Positions 1 to 12,668 of a stretch of 64,000 nucleotides of DNA are shown piece after piece. The stretch comes from Eledone cirrhosa (lineage: Eukaryota). Made by a program: the position numbers and the translations under genes. Numbering within the stretch: the first letter of the stretch is position 1; each line of letters starts with the position of its first letter. The notes beneath the pieces were generated by a model. That model did no database searches. It was not told where the DNA came from and worked only from the letters and a program-made list of their open reading frames with translations. The DNA lies in assembly GCA_964016885.1 (NCBI GenBank), contig OZ024748.1, positions 5,828,001 to 5,892,000 on the forward strand, written 5' to 3'.

Positions 1-153
1 TGGCAGGATCGGTAGAGGGTCGGACGCCATGGGTGGTGGATTGGCAGTATCGGTAGAGGGTCGGACGTCATGGGTGGGGGATTGGCAGGATCGGTAGAGG
101 GTCGGACGCCATGGGTGGTGGATTGGCAGTATCGGTAGAGGGTCGGACGCCAT
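1..153 (+). repeat. Tandem array (~41-bp unit, ~4 copies, probably continues left of the window) of the SINE tRNA-like head
   Basis: Unit GATTGGCAG(T/G)ATCGGTAGAGGGTCGGACG(C/T)CATGGGTGGTG repeats head-to-tail and matches the 5' end of the SINE at 154-348. Confidence 0.9.
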
Positions 154-348
154 GGGCGGTGGATTGGCAGTATCGGTAGAGGGTCGGACGCCATGCTTTG
201 CAGCACAGTTACGTCCCTTTACGGACTGAGTTCAAATCCCGCCGAGGTTAAATGTGCCTTTCATCCTTACGTGGTCGATAAAAAAATAAAGTACCAGTAA
301 TACACTGGAAATAATTGCTGGCCTTGTGCCTAAAGTAGAAACAATTAT
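154..348 (+). mobile_element. tRNA-derived SINE, family 1 (full length)
   Basis: A-box-like TGGCAGTATCGGTAGAG, B-box GAGTTCAAATCCC, body GCCTTTCATCCTTACG.GGTCGATAAAA..AAAGTACCAG and tail AAAGTAGAAACAATTAT. More than 12 copies in the window. The body resembles, from memory, the Meta-type SINE central domain (not verified). Confidence 0.85.
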
Positions 349-486
349 ATATAATGTAAATGCTAAACGATTAAAAGATGATAGTTAGTATTTAATGAGA
401 GAAATTGTAGTTGCTAATCTTAACTAACTGAGACAATGAATTAAATCACTCTCTCTGGATCATGTTTATATATGGTTATATATTCG

Positions 487-573
<87 letters not shown>

Positions 574-600
574 CAGCAGTCGCAGCAGCAGTGGTGGTGG
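487..600. repeat. (GTA)n/(GCA)n microsatellite
   Basis: Direct reading. Confidence 0.95.
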
Positions 601-954
601 TGTTATCAATTTTGTTTGTTTACAAACACGTTAGCCGTCTGAGATATTTATATGTATAAGCCAGAAAATGAATTGTTAGCGTTAAGTTGTGAGTGGAATC
701 TGGCACACACTGATTTATCACGACTATAGAACTACTGTTTTGCTATATTACTTCACTATCATCATCATCGTCATCATTATCATCATCATCATCATTATCA
801 TCATCATCAGCTACAAATTTCACATACAGACTCATAAACACACATGTAAGTATGTAAGTATGTATCTATGTTTGTAAGTTCATATATATATACATATATA
901 TATATATATACATATACATACTTATATTTATGTGTATATATACATACTTACATT

Positions 955-1030
<76 letters not shown>

Positions 1031-1086
1031 CATACTTAAATTTATGTGTATATATATATATGTAAATGTTTGTGCGTGTCTGTATG

Positions 1087-1118
<32 letters not shown>

Positions 1119-1604
1119 CACAAATTTATTATGCCAATAACAACATAAATAAATAATAATAATAACAACAACAACAATAACAACAACAATGTAAATCTGA
1201 TGATCTAACTACAAAGATAAACTTCTAACACTTTTCTATATAACTACACAGACACTTAGACCTCTCTAGACTTACAGACAGACTCCTACATTGTGTCAAA
1301 GACACAGCCAGTTAGATAAAAGAAAGATGATAAATAAATATCCCAATAAATATATAATCAATGAATTATTCGACCTGGTTTATAAATTGATTCGCCAATT
1401 TTAAGTTTAATATTCATAAAAGTACATCACCACCGTAAACGTCGTCGTCGTCATCGTAGTCGTTGTCAGCATTATATCGCCTTCACGTAGGTGGATCTAC
1501 GTCGGTTTTAAACTAAAATATTCATTTTTTAGAATGACTGAAGTGCATACATGTTGAATTGGCGTGTATGTAGATAAGTGTTTCAGTAGCAAGTGTAAAC
1601 ATAA

Positions 1605-2305
1605 CTTAATTCTTAAGTAAAACCAGCGTGAAACAGTATATGACAGCGTTGAACTTTTGAATTACAGATACAATTCATCATATTATATATTGCAAGTAGC
1701 TGCGAATTCCACGACAGATGCCTACATATCTTAATTCTCAAGTAAAATTTGCGAAACAGAATGTGGAACATGGTTTATATTTTGAATTACCTACAGGTGC
1801 AATTCATTTTCTATTCTAGTGTATAATTGTAAATGTCGATCGACAAGATCCCAAATTTCATTCGCTTAACGAGTGGGGTGGAGCCTGTCAAATCTGATTG
1901 AGGAAACAATGTTTCGAATTGTCTTTCCAATTGCTTATACTATACATATCTACTGGCCGCAAATCCTGGCAGAAGGAGCAAGGAGAAATAAAGTGTTTTG
2001 CTCAAGGACATAACACATCACTCTGTCTGAGAATCAAACTCACAACCTCACCATTGCGAATCCAATTCTCTAACCACTCAGCCACGCGTCTTCTATTGTA
2101 TATAGCTGTCTATTTCACCAGATGTGTATCGATATCTCACTTCTCAAGTAAAATTAACGTAAAACTGTGTAACAGGGTCAACCTTTGAATTACAGGTACA
2201 AACTATCTTGTATCTGGCTGAGTATTCCATCGATACATTTACTGATAACCTTCTCAATAGCGTCGTAGATAGTATGTCAAGGGTAGACCCTTGAAATACA
2301 TAAAT
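1605..2305. repeat. Degenerate copies (~4) of a dispersed repeat segment TTCTCAAGTAAAA...TTTGAATTACAGGTACAA
   Basis: Similar blocks start at ~1610, ~1735, ~2141 and ~2250. Related sequence occurs at ~8560-8625 and ~62440-62555. Probably the body of a longer SINE. Confidence 0.5.
1950..2092 (-). mobile_element. tRNA-derived CORE-type SINE (family 2), decayed
   Basis: The minus strand reads GCGTGGCTGAGTGGTTAGAG (A box)...GAGTTTGATTC (B box)...GTCCTTGAGCAAAACACTT..TTGCTCC (CORE-like). Homologues at 37060-37208 and 61360-61505. Confidence 0.7.
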
Positions 2306-2314
2306 AATCTATCT

Positions 2315-2470
2315 CATGGGCTTCCACATAGTTTATGTTTAACCAATTTCATACACAAGCCTTTGGTCAACATGAGGACTATGGTAAATGAATTTTGCCC
2401 AAGATATTATGTATTGAAACCAACTCCGAAATGACAAGATTAATAAGCCAACTTTTGGCCATGCTACGTG
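2315..2470 (-). mobile_element. Decayed SINE, family 3
   Basis: GGGCTTCCACATAGTTT...CAAGCCTTTGGTC...TTGCCCAAG resembles, on the opposite strand, 33065-33200 (...GAGTGAAATTTGGTTGACGGAA...GAAGCCCG). Confidence 0.5.
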
Positions 2471-2555
2471 CATAAACAACAATAAAATCAATGACATTTA
2501 CAGTAAAAACAATATGTCATGAATATTGTCAGAACACCAAATATCCACTATTATT

Positions 2556-2939
2556 GGTGGATTGGCAGGATCGGTGAAAAGTCAGGAGCTTTGCTTCGCA
2601 ACATAGAGTTACGGCCCTTTACATTATCAGTTCAAATCCCGCCGAGGTTAACTTTGCGTTTCATCCTTACGGGGTCGACAAAATAAAGTACCAGTAATAC
2701 ACTTGGATAATTGCCGGCTTTGTGTCAAAAGTAGAAACAATTATTGGTGGATTGGCAGGATCGGTGGAGAGTCGAACACTAAGCTTCGCAGCATAGAGTT
2801 ACGGCCCTTTATATTCTGAGTTCAAATACAGTCGAGGATAGCTTTGCCTTTCATCCTTTCGGGGTCGACAAAATAAATCACCAGTAATGTACTGGTGTTA
2901 ATTTAATCGACTTTCCCCTCCCCTTCAAATTGCTGGCCA
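2556..2939 (+). mobile_element. Head-to-tail dimer of SINE family 1 (2556-2745, 2746-2939)
   Basis: Two copies, each with A box, B box and body. The second starts immediately after the ACAATTATT tail of the first. Confidence 0.85.
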
Positions 2940-3079
2940 ACAATAAAACAACAGGGTGGTAACTAAACGAAGGAACCTCTTTGATTTCTGTTGTTTGATT
3001 TAGATTTGACCTGCGGTTAAACAACAACTGGACAATTCCACGGCAACATCCTTGATCAACTTATCCATGCATTTCTTTG

Positions 3080-4320
3080 TCACCACCACCACCACCACCA
3101 CCACCACAACCATCATCATCATCATCAACAACATTATCACCATCATCATAATCATCATCAGCATCAACATCATTTCATAATCATCAATAGTCTTTCCGTC
3201 CTCCCGACCCATGTCGTCGTCATCATCATCATCATCATCATCATCTTCTTCTTCCAGAGATCTAAACAATAATATTCTGACCAGTTACCATCACCATGAC
3301 AACAAGCAATCCCCACAACCACCATAGCCATCAAAACCAACCAATACAACCCACACTGTCACCATCAAAAGCGGCAACAACATCAAAAGGATTATGATCT
3401 CCCCACACCATCACCATCACCATCATCACACTCACCATCATCATCACTATCGTCGTCATCACCATCATCATTATAGACGTCGTCATCACCATCGTCACCA
3501 TTGCTATTATCATCATCATCATCATTTTGATCACTGGCATCATCATCATCATTACTAACAGCATATACATCATATTCATCATTGTTAACATCATCACTAC
3601 TAACAACATACATCATCAGCATCATCAATATTATCAACAGCAACATCAACATCAACAATCAATCCGATTTATCGAACTGAGACGGCACCACCATTACTAA
3701 GATCTATTGATTATTGGTTTGGTCTTCCCAGCCCCACCATCATCAGCACCATCGCTACACCTTATTCTACCACCAGCACCACCACTACAACCATCACTAC
3801 CACCAACACTACCACCAGCACTACCACCAGCACCATCATTACAACTATTTCTAACACCAACACCACCACTACCACCACCACTACCACCACCACTACCACC
3901 ATCACTACCACCACCACTACCACCACCACTACCACCACCACTACCACCATCACTACCACCACCACTACCACCACCACTACCACCATCACCACAACCTTTG
4001 CTACGGTGATTTTGTTACTGCTGGTGGCGGGGTGGTGTGGTATTGCTATTGGTGTGGTGGTGATGTTGGTGTTGTTACTGCTGATGGTGGGGTGGTGTGG
4101 TGGTGATGGTGGTGTTGTTACTGCTGGTGGCGGGGGTGGTATGTATTACTCTATCAGTGTGGTGGTGATGGTGGTGTTGTTACTGCTGGTGGTGGGGGTG
4201 GTATGGTATTACTCTATCAGTGTGGTGGTGATGGTGGTGATGGTGGTGTTGTTACTGCTGATGGTGAGGGTGGTATGGTATTACTCTACCAGTGTGGTGG
4301 TGATGGTTTGGTTGTATTGA
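3080..4320. repeat. Compound trinucleotide low-complexity region: (CAC/CAT/CCA)n switching to (GGT/GAT)n near 4005
   Basis: Direct reading. Confidence 0.85.
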
Positions 4321-4589
4321 TAGTGATGCTGTGATGCTGACTATGAGGATGTTGTTAATGCTGGTGACTGGGGGCGGTGTTATATTACTGTTGGAGTGGT
4401 GGTGTTGTGGGTTGTGGTGTGCTGTGGGGTGGTGTCGGATTTCTTACAGTGCAATTGAAGCTCTTTAAAATAGGAGTTAGCTTAACCCTTCCTAATTGTT
4501 GGGCAGATTGTGTTGAGGGCTTTGATGGCGATGATGATGTTGATGATGATGGTTTTGATGTTGATGGCGATGATGATGGTGGTGGTGGT

Positions 4590-5421
4590 AGTAGAGGGGG
4601 TGTGAGAGTGATATTAAATGTGGTGATGGTGGTGGTGGTGGTGGTAGAGGGGGTGTGACAGTGGTATTAAATGTGATGATGGTGGTGGTGATGGTGGTGG
4701 TGGTAGAGGGGGTGTGACAGTGGTATTAAATGTGATGATGGTTGTGATGGTGGTGGTGGTGGTGGTGGTAGAGGGGGTGTGACAGTGGTATTAAATATGA
4801 TGATGGCGGTTGTGATGGTGGTGGTGGTGGTGGTAGAGGGGGTGTGACAGTGGTATTAAATGTGGTGATGGTGGTGGTGGTGGTGGTGGTGGTGGTGGTG
4901 GTGGTGGTGGTGGTGGTGGTGGTGGTGGTGGTAGAGGGGGTGTGACAGTGGTATTAAATGTGATGATGGTTGTGATGGTGGTGGTGGTGGTGGTGGTGGT
5001 AGAGGGGGTGTGACAGTGGTATTAAATGTGATGATGGTTGTGATGGTGGTGGTGGTGGTGGTGGTGGTAGAGGGGGTGTGACAGTGGTATTAAATGTGAT
5101 GATGGTGGTTGTGATGGTGGTGGTGGTGGTGGTGGTAGAGGGGGTGTGACTGTGGTATTAAATGTGCTGATGGTGGTGGTGGTGGTGGTGGTGGTGGTAG
5201 AGAGGGTGTGACAGTGGTATTAAACGTGATGATGGTGGTTGTGATGGTGGTGGTGGTGGTAGAGGGGGTGTGACAGTGATATTAAATGTGATGATGGTGG
5301 TTGTGATGGTGGTGGTGGTGGTGGTAGAGAGGGTGTGACAGTGGTATTAAACGTGATGATGGTGGTTGTGATGGTGGTTGTGATGGTGGTGGTGGTAGAG
5401 GGGGTGTGACAGTGGTATTAA
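4590..5421. repeat. Minisatellite, ~13 units of TAGAGGGGGTGTGACAGTGGTATTAAATGTGATGAT + variable (GGT)n
   Basis: The core recurs about every 50-100 bp with a variable GGT tract. Confidence 0.9.
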
Positions 5422-5551
5422 CAAGGAAGGTGAGGAGAAGAATATGATAGTGATAGAGTATAACATTACAGAAAGTTAAAACTAAGGAAATATTTACTAA
5501 GGACTTACACTAATGTGTCTATGTGTGAGTGTTTGTGTAGTCCTGAGTCTG

Positions 5552-5582
<31 letters not shown>

Positions 5583-5621
5583 ATATATATATGTGTATGT
5601 ATGTATGTTGTGTTGGCCGTA

Positions 5622-5655
<34 letters not shown>

Positions 5656-5730
5656 GTATGTATCTATTGGCCGTAGCATATATTTACATCTTTTCAGCCT
5701 CATGGATTATATTCCTTTGTTAAATTTCGA

Positions 5731-5788
5731 ATACCTGATGATGTCACCAGATTCATACTGAACCCGGACATTGAAATGTTCATAGTAT
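5731..5788 (+). ncRNA. Type-I hammerhead ribozyme-like motif (Penelope-like element associated)
   Basis: ATAC-CTGATGA-TGTC..TTCA TAC TGAA..GACA-TT-GAAA-TG TT CA-TA-GTAT. Stem I is ATAC/GTAT, with possible distal pairing TTCCTT(5712)/AAGGAA(5800). Lies between (TA)n tracts. Confidence 0.6.
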
Positions 5789-5837
5789 AATAAACCTTTA
5801 AGGAATTATACCAGTCCAGCTTCCTGTTATTTTATAT

Positions 5838-5912
<75 letters not shown>

Positions 5913-6239
5913 AAGGATAAGGTAGTTTTCAGTGACATAACACAATAATGAAACAAGAGAGAGAGATAGAGAGAAAGAGAGAGGGAGGGATAAATATGTA
6001 TATAAATACGATGTAAATACATAAGCAATGCAAAGATAGACTAATAGATAGGTAGGTTAGAGAGGTAGAAATACATAGTATAGTAGACAAGCTCACGTTA
6101 CATGAGATCATACTTGAAAACAGTGATAGTTGGATAGGATTATAGATTGAGAGAAGAATATAAGAATGAAAGGAAGAATATACGTGTTTGCCAAATCCAA
6201 TTTCTTAATATTAGTCCAGCTATAACAACAATAACACAA

Positions 6240-6240
<1 letters not shown>

Positions 6241-6318
<78 letters not shown>
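6241..6318. repeat. (CTA)n microsatellite
   Basis: Direct reading. Confidence 0.95.
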
Positions 6319-6470
6319 TTAAACACTGCTGCTACAGGGAATTGTTGGAATCTAGCGTGGCACTTCCTCTCTGCTTTAGCAGTAGGAATTTCCTGAGAAT
6401 ATACACATATGCAGACAATTGCTACCGAAGACACGTGTTGGCACACATATGTGTGTGTGTATATATATAT

Positions 6471-6670
6471 ATAGGAAAAGAGTCAAGACCCGGACGGCAG
6501 AGATCAAGCCGTTTCGACGGCTATTTCTGAGTTCAGAAATACCAGTCGAAACCGCTTGAGCTCTGCCCTCGGGGTCTTGAATCTTTTCCTATTACCCACC
6601 TTACTACCCAAAGTATCGAGTACTCTGGTGCGTTATGGTCCACCTGGTTCCTTACCACACTTCCTACGTT
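6471..6670 (+). mobile_element. Hairpin element family A (TA-microsatellite-embedded), older copy
   Basis: Homologous to 12127-12324 and 29764-29944. Short inverted arm plus long arm ending CCTTACCACACTTCCTACGT(TA)n. Confidence 0.8.
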
Positions 6671-7431
6671 ATATATATATGTATGTATGTATAAGTCGAT
6701 TAAATCGATCCCAGTGCATGACTGGTACTTCCTTTTATCGACCCCGTAAGTATGACAGGTAAAGTTAACCTCGGCGGGAGTCAATAATTATAACTAATAG
6801 GAGAGATGGAGATACATTTAATGTCTCTGACATTATAGTTGATAGTGATTGACTATTGTGATAGTCATTTGCGTTAGGACGACTACATCTGCAATTTCAA
6901 ATGTTCCCATTGATTCTTAACTCAACCAATGATACACACAGATAAACAGACAGAGAGACATATACATGTATAGGTAAAAATACATGGTGTTTTCATTTTG
7001 GAAATATGAGACAGTTGGTAATTTACTACCATTAATAAGTTTGATAAAAAAATATCTGGTTAAATTTCGAAGTCACTATTAACACACACACATATATATA
7101 TATATGTATATATATATGGGTGTGCGTGTGTATATGTGTCTCAAGTATCGTTTCTCAATAATGTGCATAAATATTTAAATGAATTTAAGTGTGTACTTAA
7201 AAGCAAACATGTGTATTCTCATCTGTATGTATATAGACATATATATGGGTGTATATGCATATATGTATGTATACACGTATATATTTATGCATATATGTAT
7301 AAATGCATATATCTTCTTATTTTAAATTACAAGACAGCCTAGACTCACTTGAAAGCATTTACATGTCTTAAACTTCAAGACATGATTTTTCATGAATTAT
7401 TAATATTATATTATTATTGATAATAATGAAA

Positions 7432-7480
<49 letters not shown>

Positions 7481-7692
7481 CTTCATCACCAATAACTTGT
7501 AATGTCATTTTAAATCTTTGATTGTGGACAATGCTTTAAATGCGGTCTCTCCATCGTTTTCTGTTTATTTCAAAATATGTGGTCGATTGAAATACGAAAA
7601 TATGTGTGAATAAATAGCTTTATAGATCTAGTTAATACATAGTGTAGGCGTTATGGACAGACATACATACATACAGACAGACAGACAGACAG

Positions 7693-7786
<94 letters not shown>

Positions 7787-7787
7787 C

Positions 7788-7845
<58 letters not shown>

Positions 7846-7878
7846 AAGGGCCGGAGTTCAGCCATCGGGGTCCTGAAT

Positions 7879-7924
<46 letters not shown>

Positions 7925-8678
7925 AAGTTTTTCTGTTAAAGAACGGAAGGAGACCACAGATAGTTTAGGGAGAACTCAACACATCAAGTGGAGTAGGTTC
8001 CCTTTCAAATTGGTCATGAAATCGTCAGAATTGACAGATCACTTTCTATTTCTTATTTGGTCCGTGTTGATCATTCTATATATAAAGACGAGTGTGTCTT
8101 ATATAATATGAAACCACAGCGTAGTTATTGGCATCATATTAACTCATCTCTCTCAATTTCCTTCTTTGTGCTCTCGGATGAATATTAAGAATTTATAAAA
8201 AAAATTGCAAAATGAACAGCTGCAAAAGAACAGCAGCAATACTAGCAGCAACAACAGTAGCAACACCAGCATTGACTTATAAATGCAACAATTGCTGCAG
8301 ACACACAACGATGGTTTAAAACTAGCAGTGGAATACAATAAGTGAGAAAACACCAAATTAAACAGTGAAATAAAAAGTTATTGCTGTTTTTCATGTTCTT
8401 GTTATTATTACTTTTATTGCTGTAGTTGTTGATGTTGTTATTACTGAACTATAATCAGTCGGCTTCGAGGAAGATGTTATATCTTTGATAAGCTGATCGC
8501 CTGACTCATGTGAGTCTTTAAGTATTCAACATAAACGTGTACTCTTAACGTAAATGTCAAACCAAACCTATGTAACATACTGTGACATGGCTAAACCTTT
8601 CTGAATTAAGTGTGGTATCAATTCAACCGGCTTTTATATACGTTCACTAATATTGTTTGGTAATCTTTAGGTTGATGC

Positions 8679-9050
8679 TTAGTCAAAGTTCAGATAAATC
8701 CAGCAGATTATCTCACGACTTTTTTTCCATCCGTGACCATCGTATCTATTATTGAGACTTAATATATCTAGAACTACATAATCTAGCGCGTCTTTAACTT
8801 TTGAGTCTGTTGTCATAAAATAAATCGTTAGGTAAGAATTAATGTCGATTTTACTGATAAGTTTAGTATATTGGGGACCAACAAAGATGTTCCTTGAGTA
8901 ACTTTTCATTTTGTGGTTGATATTGTGAAATTGCTCAAGTGAATTCTCCAACACAGCTGTAATTAATGGCGTTCCAGCTTTGACAAACACTATCTTTATT
9001 CGTGGACTGTATCTAATACTCCGTTAAACAATATCTCATCCATTGCCTCT
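8679..9050 (-). pseudogene. Possible decayed DNA-transposase fragment (CMC/Chapaev-3-like)
   Basis: The translation ...SPRIKIVFVKA...FHNINHKMKSYSRNIFVGPQYTKLISK...DALDYVVLDIL resembles, from memory, the PLHIKLGLMKQFVKAL...GIFVGPQIRKL...AW..F..VV..FLGN block of that family. Upstream stops are present. Confidence 0.4.
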
Positions 9051-10017
9051 CTTTATTCCTCCGAGGACTGATCTTACTAAGAGAGTTGATATTGCTACTC
9101 TTGTTGGTTATGGATTGAGCTAGAAATTAAAACTATCACCACAAGAAAAATCTGACTCGCTCATTTCTCATAAATAACAGGCAGCTTAGAATCAACCAAA
9201 TTAACCACCACCACCACCACCACCACCACCACCACCACCACTTGCTCAAATAATTATGCTATGGTGGGTGGAGGTGACAGATTTAATATAGACTGAAGGG
9301 TCAGGTGTTTGGCTCTTTAATGAATGAAGGACGCTTCAGTCTGTTTTTTTTTTTTCAAGTATCAATTGAAATTGGAACTGGTGAGAAGTAGAGCGAGAGA
9401 GAAAGAGAGAGAGAGTGGGAGAGAAAGAGAGACAACGAGAGAGTTAATGTAGAGGGAGAGAGAAGGAGAGAGTGTGAGTGTAGAGGGAGAAGGAAAGAGT
9501 AGAGGGTGTAGATGTTTGAGAAGGATGAAGTGATGAACACAAGGGGCTCTTCTGGAATTTTGTAAACCTTGATGATGTATCGGGATCCATGCTGACGGGT
9601 AGAGAATGACTGATTGTTTGGCAAGAAAAACAAAAATGGCAGAAAAACAAAACAAGGCAAAACCATTTCCATAAACAAAAAGGCTCTTCGCCGTCGAGCT
9701 GCAAACTAAACACTAGGAGGGTTGGAAATGGGGAGAAGGGATGGCAATGTGCCCGAATTATGAAGCTGTAATGGCTGTAAAGAAATATAGGGGTTACCTA
9801 TCTTCATCTTAAGTGGTTATTACCACCCAGAGCTTCTCATCAATTTTACAACTCACACTTATTTATAAGGATTCAGATATTTATTCACATATTTAGATAA
9901 TTGCTTATATTATCTTTATAGATTATCTCCCACCTCTCTCTCTCTTCCTCTTTGTTCCACATCACTCTCGCTCTCTCTCCCTCTCTATCTCTATCCCTAT
10001 CTCTATCTCTCTCTCTC

Positions 10018-10048
<31 letters not shown>

Positions 10049-10104
10049 CCATATATAAACGTATACGTATGTGTAGGCATTTCACATGTACTTTACCTAA
10101 AATG

Positions 10105-10203
<99 letters not shown>

Positions 10204-10338
10204 TACTGTGTTTGCTAGCAGAGTGACCCAAGGGTTTAACGTTATTAGATATCTTTTTAAACTCATCTACGCTAGACAGATATCATCGAATTGTGATATA
10301 TTAATGGGTGTTAAGGTTTTTATGATATCTATTATCAT

Positions 10339-10369
<31 letters not shown>

Positions 10370-10452
10370 CATACATACATACATATATATATATATACAC
10401 ATATATATACATATACATATATATACACATATATATATATACATATATATAT

Positions 10453-10610
<158 letters not shown>

Positions 10611-10801
10611 TTATGAGTGTGCGTCTGTGTATGTGTATAAAGGCAAGAAATCGTACTGAATGCATGGAGAGTATAGTCATTTGTTCAAATTAATCTGAAG
10701 ACCTATACACTCATAACACACGCACACGGTACCTCCAGCCCCAACCCTCCGCCTTCATATAGATATATATAAAATATTTATATTCATATATACACACACA
10801 C

Positions 10802-10851
<50 letters not shown>

Positions 10852-10929
10852 GTGTGTCTCTCTCTCTATATATATATGTATATACATTCCCACACACACA
10901 CATATTTATATACATATGTTTATGTGTGG

Positions 10930-10963
<34 letters not shown>

Positions 10964-10990
10964 TATTTATATACATATGTTTATGTGTGC

Positions 10991-11085
<95 letters not shown>

Positions 11086-11092
11086 GTGTGTG

Positions 11093-11124
<32 letters not shown>

Positions 11125-11167
11125 CATTCCCACACACACACATTTATATACATATGTTTATGTGTGG

Positions 11168-11241
<74 letters not shown>

Positions 11242-12084
11242 TATGTAGAAGCATTCACCGCAATAACTGGATATGCTACTTCAAACACATCTACGGTGCA
11301 ACCTATCTATAATAAATACTGTTAGGTGTTCCATTCCACTGACAGGTCAGAGTCCTTCTAAACTTACACTAACAAAACTACATCAATACATAACAATAAT
11401 AACATCAATAATAACAATAACAATGATAAGCTATAACAAAAATAAAAACACACAACTGCAGCCAACAACAAACCAATAAAATAAAATAAGTTCCATGTCA
11501 AATCAAATTTTTGGCCTTCCATACATTTATTTAGTTGTATTTTTAACTATTTCTGAATTTCTTTATTTATTTCATTCTTCTCTTTCATACGTCTAATACT
11601 ATCTTCACGCTATTCCACACGACGGTTTCTAGCTTTTTGACTTTTTTTTGTTTGTTTTAAAATTGTTTTTATTTTTATTTTTATTTTTATTTTTATTTTT
11701 ATTTTTATTTTTATTTTTATTTCCTTCCCTTTCATTTGTTCAGCCGTCATTCTTTCTGGCTTCTGTTGTTCAGTTGTAGAATTGTTTAGGCCACCAATGC
11801 TCCTCTCCTCCCATCACTTACCCACAGAAACCACCACCACGACCACCACCACCACCACCACCGCCGCCGCCGCCGCCGCCAGTGGTAACAGCGACACCAC
11901 CGCCACCACTGATACCAGTGACAACACACACCGCCACAACCTCAAGCACCTTCAATGACACGTTGCAGTCACTCTGACGATCTCTCTTACCTATCTAACT
12001 TTGAATATAGGTTTCTGTATACTTACATACATACACATATATGTGAGTGTATGTATGTATATATATATATGTACATATGCACAT

Positions 12085-12126
<42 letters not shown>

Positions 12127-12127
<1 letters not shown>

Positions 12128-12320
12128 ACGAAGGAAATGTGGTAAGGAACCAGATGGACCATAACGCACCAAAGTACTCAATACTTAGGGTAGTAGAGTG
12201 GGTAATAGGAACGAGTAGGACCCCGACGGCTGAGCTCAAGCCGTTTCGACGGCTAATTCTGGACTGTCTAGAATTAGCCGTCGAAACGGCTTGAGCTCAG
12301 CCGTCGGGGTCCTACTCGTT

Positions 12321-12324
<4 letters not shown>
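12127..12324. mobile_element. Hairpin element family A, young copy with perfect 55-bp inverted arms
   Basis: 12206-12260 is the exact reverse complement of 12270-12324. The long arm extends to 12127. Flanked by (TA)n on both sides. Confidence 0.9.
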
Positions 12325-12387
<63 letters not shown>

Positions 12388-12412
12388 TATAATATATATA
12401 TATATGTATATA

Positions 12413-12505
<93 letters not shown>

Positions 12506-12583
12506 TATATATATATATAATATATATATATATAATATATATACATATAATATATATATATAATATATATATATATATAATAC

Positions 12584-12668
<85 letters not shown>

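Noticed and set aside
154-245. tRNA gene suggested by A and B boxes
   Set aside because: No cloverleaf forms. The boxes belong to a multi-copy SINE head.
4590-5421. Repeat-spacer appearance resembling a CRISPR array
   Set aside because: The spacers are just (GGT)n of varying length, the context is eukaryotic, and no cas genes are present.
11720-11960. Polypyrimidine tract plus AG followed by a ~53-codon Thr/Ala-rich ORF (MLLSSHHLPTETTT...)
   Set aside because: Mostly (ACC)n/(GCC)n repeat, with no recognisable domain or splice donor. It cannot be supported as an exon.
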